Source: Candidatus Latescibacterota bacterium (GTDB taxonomy: Bacteria; Latescibacterota; UBA2968). From it: a stretch of 64,000 nt of DNA. A program made the position numbers and the translations under genes. Each line of letters begins with the position of its first letter. The first letter of the stretch is position 1. The stretch spans positions 3,712,001-3,776,000 of the forward strand of contig OZ220741.1 of NCBI GenBank assembly GCA_965116885.1. The letters run 5' to 3'. Shown here in pieces: positions 18,110 to 27,096 of this stretch. The notes below the pieces were generated by a model. The model did not search any database, was not told the origin of the DNA, and was given only the letters and a program-made list of their open reading frames with translations.

Positions 18110-20332
18110 GTGATTATGTCTGATGCAGAAGTAAAAAAGTTATATGGGAGTGCGACAGTGAGTCCGTCGGAAGATGTGGTGGCCGGGTCCTGTGGCACCT
18201 GGACGCTGACTTATACGGCGGGGGAAAAAGGAATTGCGAGGGGTGGGACGATTCGTATTTATACGGATGCGGATTCGGACCGCGCAACGCCTCAGATGGA
18301 TGATCCTGCAGGGGCAGATTATTTGACGGTTGACGCGCCGAGAGAAGCGCGTGTTGGTGCGCTGGTGCAGAGTATGATGTCGATTTTGCTGACTGTAAAT
18401 GGGCGCGCTTTGGCAGCGGGTGAGGAGGTCTCGGTGACTTATGGCGATACAACGGGTGGGGGACCGGGGTTTCGGTCGCAGACCTTTGCCGAGGCGCAGC
18501 ACTTTTTCTGGGTGGCTGTCGATGCGGGAGATGGCGAGGTTGAGATATTGCCCAATCCGCCGTCTTTGTGCATTGTGGGGGGCGAGGCTGTGAAGCTGGT
18601 GATCAATGCGCCGTCTATTGTCGAGTCTGGCAAACCGTTTCGCATTCAGGTCAAGGCCGAAGATGCATGGGGGAATTCTGCGGTTTCTTATCGCGGGGAT
18701 GTGGCGCTCAACGGCAATGATGTGCGCGTGCCGCAAACTGTAAGTTTTGGCGATGCAGATGGGGGCGTGCGGTGGATGGATGAGTGTGTGGTAGAGCGCG
18801 GGGGAGTTCACCGTATCGATGCGGAAGATGGTACACTGGTCGCGCAGAGCAATCCGATTGCGTGCCGCAATGCAGCACCGCAATTCGCGTTGTATTGGGG
18901 GGACTCACACGGCGGTCAGGTGGCTATGGCGGAGAAGATTCCCGATTTTTTCAGGTACGCGCGAGATGTTGCAGCGATTCACTTTGCGGGGTATCAGCGC
19001 AATGATCACGTTTTGAGCAAAAGCGATTGGGTGTTGCAACAAGAGACAGAACGCGCGTATAATCAGCCTGGGCAATTTGTCGCTTTGCCGGGCTTTGAGT
19101 GGTCGGCACAAACCACGCGGGGCGGGCATCACAACGTGTATTTTCGGCGGCACGATCAGCCGATTCGTCGATCTGGACATGAGGGTTTGGCTGACAAGTC
19201 GGACGAAGATACGGATTTGAGGCATATTACAGAGGTCTATGAAGCGTATCGCGGGACGGATACGGTAATTACGGCTCATGTGGGTGGCGAGCATTCCGAT
19301 TTGCAATACCACGATCCCTATCTGGAACCCGCTGTGGAAGTGACATCGGATCACGGGACATTTGAGTGGATTTTGCAGGAGACACTTGAGCGCGATTATC
19401 GCATGGGATTTTTTGGCGGGAGCGATAGCCACAACGGGCGACCGGGCGGCGATACGCCGGGTTTTCAACACCGCCGTTATGCCAAGGCGGGATTGGCTGC
19501 GGTTTATGCGCCCGAGTTGACGATTGAGAGTGTTCTGGATGCGTACAAAGCGAGGCGGATTTACGCGACGACAGGTGCGCGAATTTTGTTGCATACTTCG
19601 TGCGAAGACCATTTGATGGGGGAGGAGTTCACAACGGGAAATACACCGCATATCTCGGCTTTTGTGGCGGGTACTGCGCCGTATGAATCTGTGGAATTGT
19701 TCCGCGGATTGGAACGGATTTATAGCCATCCGATTGAAGGAAAAAAAGACCGCACTCGCGTGCGTATTTTGTGGGAGGGCGCGAGTCGCAAGAGCAGTTA
19801 TTCCGGGGTGATCTGGGAGGGGACCCTGAGGGTGTCGGGGCGTGCGATTAATGGTGTTGAAAAGATTCGGTTTGACAGCCCGCGCTCTCGCGTTTTTGAT
19901 GTGACCGATGAGGGGGTGCGCTGGTACTCTGTGGCGTGTGGGTATCGCAGTGGTATTATTCTCGATCTGCCGGGCGATGGCGACGTGGATATCGAATGCG
20001 TGGTGAATACTTCGGTTATTACTGGGCCCTTGTTCGGCGATCAGGGTATTAAGCCGCCGAGGCGCATGTCTTATGCGCCGGCTGAAAAGGTCGGATTTCA
20101 CGTTGGGGCAAGTGATCTGGAAAATGGTCCGGTGACAATGGAACTCGGGCCATTGAATCGGCGCGTGACAATTGACTACGCGCCCGAGGCACAGGCTGCG
20201 GGTGAAGTATCGTTCGATTTTACCGATGAAAACGCAAAGCCGGGCATCAATCCGTATTATGTTCGCGTGGTGCAAACCGATATGGAGATGGCCTGGAGCA
20301 GTCCAATTTTTGTGGATTATGCCGTGGATTAA
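18110..20332 (+). CDS. DUF3604/PHP-like metallohydrolase
   Basis: LYWGDSHG, NDH, PGFEWS, GHHNVYF, GFFGGSDSH.GRPG, RRIYATTG and YYVRVVQ.D.EMAWSSPI. Confidence 0.8.
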   Translation: MIMSDAEVKKLYGSATVSPSEDVVAGSCGTWTLTYTAGEKGIARGGTIRIYTDADSDRATPQMDDPAGADYLTVDAPREARVGALVQSMMSILLTVNGRALAAGEEVSVTYGDTTGGGPGFRSQTFAEAQHFFWVAVDAGDGEVEILPNPPSLCIVGGEAVKLVINAPSIVESGKPFRIQVKAEDAWGNSAVSYRGDVALNGNDVRVPQTVSFGDADGGVRWMDECVVERGGVHRIDAEDGTLVAQSNPIACRNAAPQFALYWGDSHGGQVAMAEKIPDFFRYARDVAAIHFAGYQRNDHVLSKSDWVLQQETERAYNQPGQFVALPGFEWSAQTTRGGHHNVYFRRHDQPIRRSGHEGLADKSDEDTDLRHITEVYEAYRGTDTVITAHVGGEHSDLQYHDPYLEPAVEVTSDHGTFEWILQETLERDYRMGFFGGSDSHNGRPGGDTPGFQHRRYAKAGLAAVYAPELTIESVLDAYKARRIYATTGARILLHTSCEDHLMGEEFTTGNTPHISAFVAGTAPYESVELFRGLERIYSHPIEGKKDRTRVRILWEGASRKSSYSGVIWEGTLRVSGRAINGVEKIRFDSPRSRVFDVTDEGVRWYSVACGYRSGIILDLPGDGDVDIECVVNTSVITGPLFGDQGIKPPRRMSYAPAEKVGFHVGASDLENGPVTMELGPLNRRVTIDYAPEAQAAGEVSFDFTDENAKPGINPYYVRVVQTDMEMAWSSPIFVDYAVD

Positions 20333-20343
20333 GGAGGATTAAA

Positions 20344-21138
20344 ATGGATGTGACGCGCGTTTCGGCGTGTAGTTTTCCGCTTCGGGAAAAGGATCTGGAT
20401 TATACTTTCAAGGTGATTTCCGAAGCGGGGTTTGACAAAATTGATCTGGTGGGGCGTATGCCGCACTTTTCGGTGACGGACCCCGATTACGATATGGACG
20501 AACTGCGTCGGGTATGCGATAAGTACGGCGTGGCGTTGGCAAATATCGGGTCGTACTGCGGTCGAGATTTTATTGCCGCTTCGGAGGATGATAGGCAGGC
20601 GGCAATGGATGAGATGAAAAAGACGCTGGATGTGGGGAAGGCGTTTGGTTCAAAGTCCATTCGCATTATGCCGGGTGATGGCAAACGCGCTTCGATTGAT
20701 ACGATAGTACCCTATTTTCAGAAATCTGCGGAATACGCCGAGAAATTGGGTATTTACATGGGGATTGAAAATCACGGTACTGAAATTTCTGGCAATCCAG
20801 AGGCTTGTCAGGAGATTTGTGAGAAGGTCGATTCAGAGTATTTTGGGATTTTGTACGAGCCGTGCAATTTGATGGCTGCTGGTGCAGATTATAAGTCCGC
20901 TTTTGATGTGTTTAAGGATTATATCGTGCATGTGCATATCAAGGATGGTGATTACAACTCGGAAGGGAAGTGGGAGCGTTGCATGCTCGGTGACGGTATT
21001 ATCGATTATCACTGGGTGTGGGATCAGGTGGAAGCACTGGGCTACGATCGGGATTACGCACTGGAGTTTGAGGTGGGCGATATCGAACCCGTTGAGACGG
21101 GGTACCGGAAGTGGTATGAGACGTGGGAGAAGGCGTAG
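20344..21138 (+). CDS. sugar phosphate isomerase/epimerase (xylose isomerase-like TIM barrel)
   Basis: GIENH, HVHIKD, LGDGIIDY and ALEFE motifs. Confidence 0.88.
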   Translation: MDVTRVSACSFPLREKDLDYTFKVISEAGFDKIDLVGRMPHFSVTDPDYDMDELRRVCDKYGVALANIGSYCGRDFIAASEDDRQAAMDEMKKTLDVGKAFGSKSIRIMPGDGKRASIDTIVPYFQKSAEYAEKLGIYMGIENHGTEISGNPEACQEICEKVDSEYFGILYEPCNLMAAGADYKSAFDVFKDYIVHVHIKDGDYNSEGKWERCMLGDGIIDYHWVWDQVEALGYDRDYALEFEVGDIEPVETGYRKWYETWEKA

Positions 21139-21177
21139 GAAGTTTGAAGTCGGAAGTGTAAAGGGAGAAGTGTGAAG
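21139..21177. repeat. heptamer tandem repeat (GAAGTNN)
   Basis: gaagttt-gaagtcg-gaagtgt-aaaggga-gaagtgt-gaag. Confidence 0.55.
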
Positions 21178-21186
21178 CATTACGCC

Positions 21187-21210
21187 GTAGGAGCGGTATC
21201 TTTGCCGCGA
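21187..21210 (+). repeat. GTAG-type REP-like palindrome
   Basis: GTAGGA-GCGG-tatctttg-CCGC-GA, between convergent genes. Confidence 0.45.
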
Positions 21211-21266
21211 CTGCTACGACGAAGAGTGAAGGGGTCGGTGGGGGCTGAGGCTGTTCGCTGGCTGCC

Positions 21267-21941
21267 TCACAATAGCTCAATTGCCACGTTGAGGCTGGGG
21301 AGTATGTGGTCGGCAGTGTCGTGATTTTGATGTGCGGTAAAGAAATTGGGTACGGCGAAGACGGTCATGCCAGCGGCTTTTCCAGATTGTACGCCAGCCT
21401 CGCTGTCTTCAAATACGACACAGGTTTCGGGTGGGACATTGAGTTTTGCTGCGGTTTTGAGGTAGATTTCCGGGTCGGGTTTGGTGCGGGTGACGTCGCT
21501 GCCCGAAAAAATAGCGCCAAAGATGTCGTGGAGTGCGCTGGCATTTACGTGGGGCAAGACGCCGTTTTGGAGCGTAGCGCGCATGCGCTGACGCGGTGTA
21601 GATGATGCAATGCCGAGTTTGTAGTGTTTGTTTTGAAGGTGCGATAGCAGGTCGAGAAAGCCAGGCATGAGGTCAATTTGATCGGGATCTGATATTGCGG
21701 TTTCAAAGCGGGTCATCCACGATTCGTGAAAGTCTTCGGGACGGATCGACAAGTCGTATTGTTTGACGGCGTCTGCGCTGTTGTTTTCCACGGGATGTCC
21801 AACGCAGCGCACATAACCTTCGCGCGGTATGTCAATTCCCAGTTCGTTGAGTGTCTGGTTATAGGTGTTGTAATAAATATTTTCCGTATCGACAATCAGG
21901 CCGTCCATATCAAATATGACGGCCTGGTATGGTTTCTGCAT
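21267..21941 (-). CDS. HAD-IA family phosphatase (beta-PGM/CbbY-like)
   Basis: VIFDMDGLIVDTE, IASST, KPDPEIY and VVFEDS..GV. Confidence 0.9.
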   Translation of the reverse strand: MQKPYQAVIFDMDGLIVDTENIYYNTYNQTLNELGIDIPREGYVRCVGHPVENNSADAVKQYDLSIRPEDFHESWMTRFETAISDPDQIDLMPGFLDLLSHLQNKHYKLGIASSTPRQRMRATLQNGVLPHVNASALHDIFGAIFSGSDVTRTKPDPEIYLKTAAKLNVPPETCVVFEDSEAGVQSGKAAGMTVFAVPNFFTAHQNHDTADHILPSLNVAIELL

Positions 21942-21957
21942 TTATTTTTTTCTCCGA

Positions 21958-23883
21958 TCAATATTCAATGGGTTCTCGCGCGACGACGCGCTGGGCGGTT
22001 GCTGCGATTGCTTCGGGTGAGATGCCCGCTTCGTCGCGCAGCGCGCCCTGTGAGCCGTGTTGGAAAAAGCGATCGGGAATGCCCAGGGTGTGTACGCGCT
22101 GGCCTTCTCGCATCTGGTCGCTCAAATAACGCGCAACGCCCGATCCGAATCCGCCTTCAATGGTATTTTCTTCAACGGTGATCAGCACCTGATAGCGGTC
22201 GGCGAGATCGTCGAGCATTTCCAGGTCCATGGGTTTGACAAATCGGCAATTGATCACTGCGGCAGAAATGCCGTCTTTCAGGAGTTTTTTCCGCGCCTGG
22301 CAGGCGTGATCTACCATTGTGCCCACTGCGAGGAATACCAGATCCTCACCATCGGCCAATGCTTCCCAGGAACCGATTTTCAAGACTTCGGGTTCGCGTC
22401 CTGTAAGCGGGGTATGCACGTTGCCGCGGGGATACCGAATGGCAAATGGGTTATCGACTTGCTGCACCGCCGTGTATAACAAATCGCGCAATTCGTCGCC
22501 GTCTTTTGGCGCGGTTACAATCATATTGGGTACGCAGGTTAAATAGGACAGGTCAAAATCGCCGTGATGCGTGGGGCCATCTGCACCCACTAATCCGGCG
22601 CGGTCCATGCAGAAAATCACCGGTGCCGATTGCAGGGCGACATCGTGGATGATCTGGTCGTAAGCCCGTTGCAAAAATGTGGAATAAATCGCTGCGACGG
22701 GGCGCATGCCCTCGAGTGCCATTCCGGTTGAAAATGTCACGGCGTGCTGTTCGGCAATGCCCACATCAAAAAAGCGGTCGGGATGTGCTTCGGAAAAAAT
22801 GTCCAGGCTCGTGCCTTCGGACATTGCGGCTGTCACGCCTACAATGCGGCTGTCATTATTGGCAAGCTCGATCATTGCCTCGCCAAAAACCGTCTGATAT
22901 TTGGGCAGCGGGGTTTTGGGTGATGGCGGGCTGATCGAATGATATTTTATCGAAGCGGCACTATACGGGTCTTCCTCATCTTCTTGAATTGCGCCCTTGC
23001 CCTTAATGGTGTGTACGTGTAAGAGCACAGGCCCCTTCAGATCCCGCACATTTTTCAGGGTTTTTACCATCTCTTCCAGATTGTTGCCGTCCAGAGGTCC
23101 CAGGTACAAAAATCCCAGTTCTTCAAAAAGAATGCCCGGTACCAGCAGGCCCTTTAATCCCTCTTCGAACCCACTCAGTGCGCGTCGCAGATTTTCGCCT
23201 ACGACGGGAATGCGCCCGGCCAAATTCCAGACTTCTCTTTTGATTTTTTTGTAAAGCGGATCATTTGTAATGCGATCTCTAACGCGATTGTAAATCGGAT
23301 CGGTGATAATGCGCGTCAAATAATGCGAAATAGCACCGACATTGGGCGAGATTGACATGCGATTGTCATTGAGAATGACGAGCAGGTCGCGATTGGATGC
23401 ACCGGCATTGTTCAATCCTTCAAGCGCGATCCCACTCGTTATGGCGCCATCGCCAATAACGGCGACTACTTTGTGTTTTTCGCCCATCAAATCGCGCTGT
23501 GCCGCAAATCCCAGTGCTGCGGAGATCGACGTGCCCGCATGTCCTACGGCAAATGTGTCGTACGGACTCTCTGATCGCATCGGGAACCCACTGATGCCGC
23601 CCGGCTGGCGAATGGTTTTGAGTGCTTCGCGTCGCCCGGTAAGCACTTTGTGCCCGTACGCCTGATGCCCCACATCCCACACAATTTTGTCCTGAGGCGT
23701 GTTGTATAGATGGTGCAAAGCCACCGTCAATTCCGCCGCTCCCAGGCTGGAACCAAAATGTCCACCAATCTCTGTCACCACGTCAATGATATATTGCCGC
23801 AATTCCGCACAGACCTGGTGCAATTCTTCTATTGATAGGGACTTTAAGTCGTCAGGTGAATTGATTGTTTCGAGAAGGGACAT
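21958..23883 (-). CDS. dxs: 1-deoxy-D-xylulose-5-phosphate synthase
   Basis: GGHFGSSLG, WDVGHQAYGHK, GDGAITSG, NDNRMSISPNVG, DVGIAEQHAV and DRAGLVGADGPTHHG. Confidence 0.97.
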   Translation of the reverse strand: MSLLETINSPDDLKSLSIEELHQVCAELRQYIIDVVTEIGGHFGSSLGAAELTVALHHLYNTPQDKIVWDVGHQAYGHKVLTGRREALKTIRQPGGISGFPMRSESPYDTFAVGHAGTSISAALGFAAQRDLMGEKHKVVAVIGDGAITSGIALEGLNNAGASNRDLLVILNDNRMSISPNVGAISHYLTRIITDPIYNRVRDRITNDPLYKKIKREVWNLAGRIPVVGENLRRALSGFEEGLKGLLVPGILFEELGFLYLGPLDGNNLEEMVKTLKNVRDLKGPVLLHVHTIKGKGAIQEDEEDPYSAASIKYHSISPPSPKTPLPKYQTVFGEAMIELANNDSRIVGVTAAMSEGTSLDIFSEAHPDRFFDVGIAEQHAVTFSTGMALEGMRPVAAIYSTFLQRAYDQIIHDVALQSAPVIFCMDRAGLVGADGPTHHGDFDLSYLTCVPNMIVTAPKDGDELRDLLYTAVQQVDNPFAIRYPRGNVHTPLTGREPEVLKIGSWEALADGEDLVFLAVGTMVDHACQARKKLLKDGISAAVINCRFVKPMDLEMLDDLADRYQVLITVEENTIEGGFGSGVARYLSDQMREGQRVHTLGIPDRFFQHGSQGALRDEAGISPEAIAATAQRVVAREPIEY

Positions 23884-23988
23884 GATGTCTCTCCTTGTGA
23901 CAGGGTCAGAAATGCTGTCCGCAACATATGTTTAATATAAGCAACACCTGAAAAATCACAAAGTTCTAAAAAAGAAACGATAAATACA

Positions 23989-24025
23989 AAATCGGGCATG
24001 CCGAGTTAGTCGATATGCCCGATTT
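23989..24025 (-). terminator. probable intrinsic terminator downstream of the SDR gene
   Basis: Inverted repeat AAATCGGGCAT...ATGCCCGATTT followed by a T-rich tract on the minus strand. Confidence 0.6.
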
Positions 24026-24039
24026 CATTGTGCAAGAGC

Positions 24040-24819
24040 TCAAAAATCCGTGGGTCTTCCCTGCGCGCCGTCAACGGGAATGGACGCGCCGTTGATCCAA
24101 CTCGCGCGGTCAGATGATAGAAATACGACGACATCGGCGACTTCGAAGTCCGTGCCGAGTCGCTGTGCGGGAAATTCGCGCGTGCGGAATATTTCGTATT
24201 CTTCCGGTGTTTCGTTTTGGAATCGCTCCCAACCGCCACCGGGAAAAAGGAGCGAGCCAGGGCAGACTGTGTTGACGCGGATGTTGTGGGCTGCCAATTC
24301 CCACGCGAGTGCGCCCGCGAGAAATATTTCACCCGCTTTGGTTGCGCCGTATTGCGCGCCCCGGTTTGCGGGTTTCCAGCCCGAGATAGAAGAGATAGTG
24401 ACAATACTGCCGCCATTTCTTTTTTTCATGTGGAGAACAGCCACACGGCTGGCGCGAACCGCGTGAAAAAGGTTGAGGTCAAAGGTTTGCTGCCAGTCGG
24501 CGTCTGTGGAGGTGAGCAGTTCGCGCGATCCCGCTGTCCCGCCCACATTGTTGACGAGGATATCGACGCCGCCGAGTCTATCTGCGGCTGCATTGACAAA
24601 TCGCTCGGTTTCGCCGGGTTCGGCTACATCGAGCGCGAGTCCAAATGCCTCGACGTCGTGTGCGCGAATTTCTTCGAGAGTTTTGTCTATGCCCGCTTGC
24701 CCGCGCGCGCACAAGGCAATGTTGCAACCTTCTGCGGCAAATCGCAATGCGGTTGCGCGACCAATGCCGCGACTGCCCCCGGTGATGAGGGCGACTTTAT
24801 CGGTGAGATTGAGGTCCAT
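24040..24819 (-). CDS. SDR family oxidoreductase
   Basis: TGGSRGIG, LVNNVG, YGATK (YxxxK) and IRVNTVCPG. Confidence 0.93.
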   Translation of the reverse strand: MDLNLTDKVALITGGSRGIGRATALRFAAEGCNIALCARGQAGIDKTLEEIRAHDVEAFGLALDVAEPGETERFVNAAADRLGGVDILVNNVGGTAGSRELLTSTDADWQQTFDLNLFHAVRASRVAVLHMKKRNGGSIVTISSISGWKPANRGAQYGATKAGEIFLAGALAWELAAHNIRVNTVCPGSLLFPGGGWERFQNETPEEYEIFRTREFPAQRLGTDFEVADVVVFLSSDRASWINGASIPVDGAQGRPTDF

Positions 24820-24822
24820 GAT

Positions 24823-25992
24823 TTAATCCTGTTCAACCTTCGGTGGATGGGCGAAGTCGTGATACCGCTCGCGGATATTGCCATCGGTGGCGTCGCCTTT
24901 GTGAAAATAATAGCGATAAATACCGACGAGCGACTCGCCCTGCGAGAGTGTGTGATGACCCCGGCGGCTTTCATCGCCATAAAAATACGAGTGTCCAAAA
25001 GGATTGGCTGTCATCAACCCATAATTGCGCACATGCCAGTGCGTGGGGTGCCGGAAGCTGTCGGGGTGATCCATGATGGCAACGCCTGTTATATTGCCAT
25101 TTACTGGACCTGAGTAATGACACCACGGCGCGCGTTTTCCCCAGGTTTCGTCTTCATCAATGCCGCCAATGCCGTTCTCGATTTTCCCGCCCAGGTCGCG
25201 CTTGACCTCCATTGTCTCTTCCACGCGGATAGACGCCAGGCCGCCTTCTTTTGTGTCGCCGAATAACACATCCATATTTCGGGCGGTGAGCGTGAGGTGC
25301 AAATCCATGATTCGCACGGAAGATGGCGTGTTGTACACAACCCACTCTGCACGCTGATCCAAAATCTCGCGATTTCTGCCCGGAGGTCCTGTCCAACCAT
25401 CCATGCCGACCCAGTCGCTATTCGATACAATCCGCCCCAGGACAGGTCCGCTTTCGAGCAATTCAAAGTCTCGATGCAAAATCCGCCCGTGCGATTCGCC
25501 TTCTGACCAGTTGTCCGCTCCGTTCACTTCTCCGTGTGCAATCCAGATTGAGCGATGGTGATGGTGATCCATTTCTCGTCCGTCTGCCGGCGTGGCCAAC
25601 CGCCGCGTTACCGGGTCGCCATAAGGTCCGATGACGGGATACAAAAGTGGTCGTGCGAGTTCTGTGCCATGACAATAGGTCGTAAAATGCTGGCCGCCAA
25701 TCGAGACAGATACTTCATTTTTACCTTGTGTGACTTCTACATTGTGCCCGGAGTCCGCTGGTTCTTTTCCCAGTGTGAGTTCGTACTCTGCGGTTTGGCC
25801 CGCTCCGAGATTATCGACAATGAAATTGACCTGCAAACCATCGCTCACGGGCGTTACCTGACAGGGAACTTCGCTATCTCCCGCGCTCAGGGTTGCTGTT
25901 GTCGCGCTTTCTGTTGTTTCGACCACCGTCGAAACCGGACAGTTGATCCGATTGTGAGGGCCTGCGTGAACGGTTAGTTTTACTGTTGCCAT
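24823..25992 (-). CDS. DUF6807 ('PmoA-like') family protein, probably carbohydrate-related
   Basis: RPLLYPV.GP.G, DHHHHRSIW, FGDTKEG, WGKRAPWC, MDHPDS and WHVRNYGL..ANPF. Start at MATVKL after GGAGG. Confidence 0.7.
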   Translation of the reverse strand: MATVKLTVHAGPHNRINCPVSTVVETTESATTATLSAGDSEVPCQVTPVSDGLQVNFIVDNLGAGQTAEYELTLGKEPADSGHNVEVTQGKNEVSVSIGGQHFTTYCHGTELARPLLYPVIGPYGDPVTRRLATPADGREMDHHHHRSIWIAHGEVNGADNWSEGESHGRILHRDFELLESGPVLGRIVSNSDWVGMDGWTGPPGRNREILDQRAEWVVYNTPSSVRIMDLHLTLTARNMDVLFGDTKEGGLASIRVEETMEVKRDLGGKIENGIGGIDEDETWGKRAPWCHYSGPVNGNITGVAIMDHPDSFRHPTHWHVRNYGLMTANPFGHSYFYGDESRRGHHTLSQGESLVGIYRYYFHKGDATDGNIRERYHDFAHPPKVEQD

Positions 25993-26081
25993 TTTATCCT
26001 CCGTAATAGTGATATAAGAACATATGTCGTGTATGAGGTTACGAAATCCATTGCCAAAGTCAAGCCTTTCGCACAAAGCCG

Positions 26082-26110
26082 TTGACATCCCCCATGGGGG
26101 CAATTATCAT
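26082..26110 (+). promoter_or_regulatory. sigma70-type promoter with a C5-AT-G5 palindrome in the spacer
   Basis: TTGACA-17 nt (TCCCCCATGGGGGCAAT)-TATCAT, ending about 45 nt upstream of ATG 26154. Confidence 0.6.
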
Positions 26111-26153
26111 AGGGCCGAAAAATTGTCATTATTTATTTTATCTGGAGATTAAT

Positions 26154-27080
26154 ATGTCCATTCTCGTTACCGGAGGCTCTGGCTTTGTCGGTTCCTGGGT
26201 CGCCAAACTCCTCGCCGAAGAGGGCGAAGACGTCATCGCTTTTGACATGTTTGAACGGCGCGACGATTTTTTGTCCCATGTGTCGGATCGCATCACGTTT
26301 GTTGAAGGCAATATTCTGGGCTTCGCACATATTAATGAGATTGTGCGCAATAACCCGGACCTCACGGGTATTGTTCACACGGCCGCGCTTTTGGGGGGAG
26401 ATGTGCGCGACAATCCCCATTTTGCGACACAGGTCAATGTGGGAGGAACACACAATATCCTCGAAGTTGCGCGACAGGTCGGCGGGCTGAAGGTGGTATA
26501 TGTATCCAGCGGCGCGGTTTATGGCAAGCAAGACGGACCGCTGACGGAAGACACGCCCATGATTCCCAGTGATCCCTATGGCGCGACCAAGGCTATGTCG
26601 GAACATCTCTGCCACCAGTATTATGCGACTTATGGCGTCGATGTTCTGTGTGCCCGTCTCTTTTTTTTATATGGTCCTCCCAATGCCCCTGGCCCGGATG
26701 CGGGCTTTAATACGCGCATTTTTGCCGGGCTGAGTGGGCAGGATGTAAGCCTGCCCAAAGGCCGCGAGCAAAAGGCCGATTGGACTTATATCGAAGATGC
26801 CGCGCGGGGTGTTTTGCTCATGCTCAGGGCGACAGATGTGGCCAGTCGATCTTTTAATATTGCGACGGGCACGTACAATCCCATTGACGAAATTATCGAA
26901 GTCGTGCGGCGGCATTCGCCGGGCAATCCCCGGTATGAAGTTGGCCCGGGCGTCAACCTCGAACGCGGCGCGCCACTCGATATTACCCTTGCCCGAGAGC
27001 AACTCGGTTACGAACCCAAATACGATCTCGAATCCGGCGTGCGGACTTACCGCGCCTGGTTTGATCAACGGGGTGTGTAA
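26154..27080 (+). CDS. NAD-dependent epimerase/dehydratase
   Basis: ILVTGGSGFVG, VSSGAVYG, YGATK and DWTYIEDAA. Confidence 0.9.
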   Translation: MSILVTGGSGFVGSWVAKLLAEEGEDVIAFDMFERRDDFLSHVSDRITFVEGNILGFAHINEIVRNNPDLTGIVHTAALLGGDVRDNPHFATQVNVGGTHNILEVARQVGGLKVVYVSSGAVYGKQDGPLTEDTPMIPSDPYGATKAMSEHLCHQYYATYGVDVLCARLFFLYGPPNAPGPDAGFNTRIFAGLSGQDVSLPKGREQKADWTYIEDAARGVLLMLRATDVASRSFNIATGTYNPIDEIIEVVRRHSPGNPRYEVGPGVNLERGAPLDITLAREQLGYEPKYDLESGVRTYRAWFDQRGV

Positions 27081-27096
27081 ATAACAGGAGAAGACA

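Noticed and set aside
9207..20275. Long opposite-strand ORFs (e.g. 9207-10280 +, 13362-14501 +, 18905-20275 -)
   Set aside because: They fully overlap well-supported genes on the other strand and contain no recognisable motifs.
18053..21177. CRISPR array
   Set aside because: The repeats are 7-nt tandem units without unique spacers, and no cas genes are seen.
24823..25992. Methane monooxygenase subunit PmoA
   Set aside because: It is a soluble beta-rich protein with no TM helices and no pmoB/C neighbours. The family nickname is misleading.
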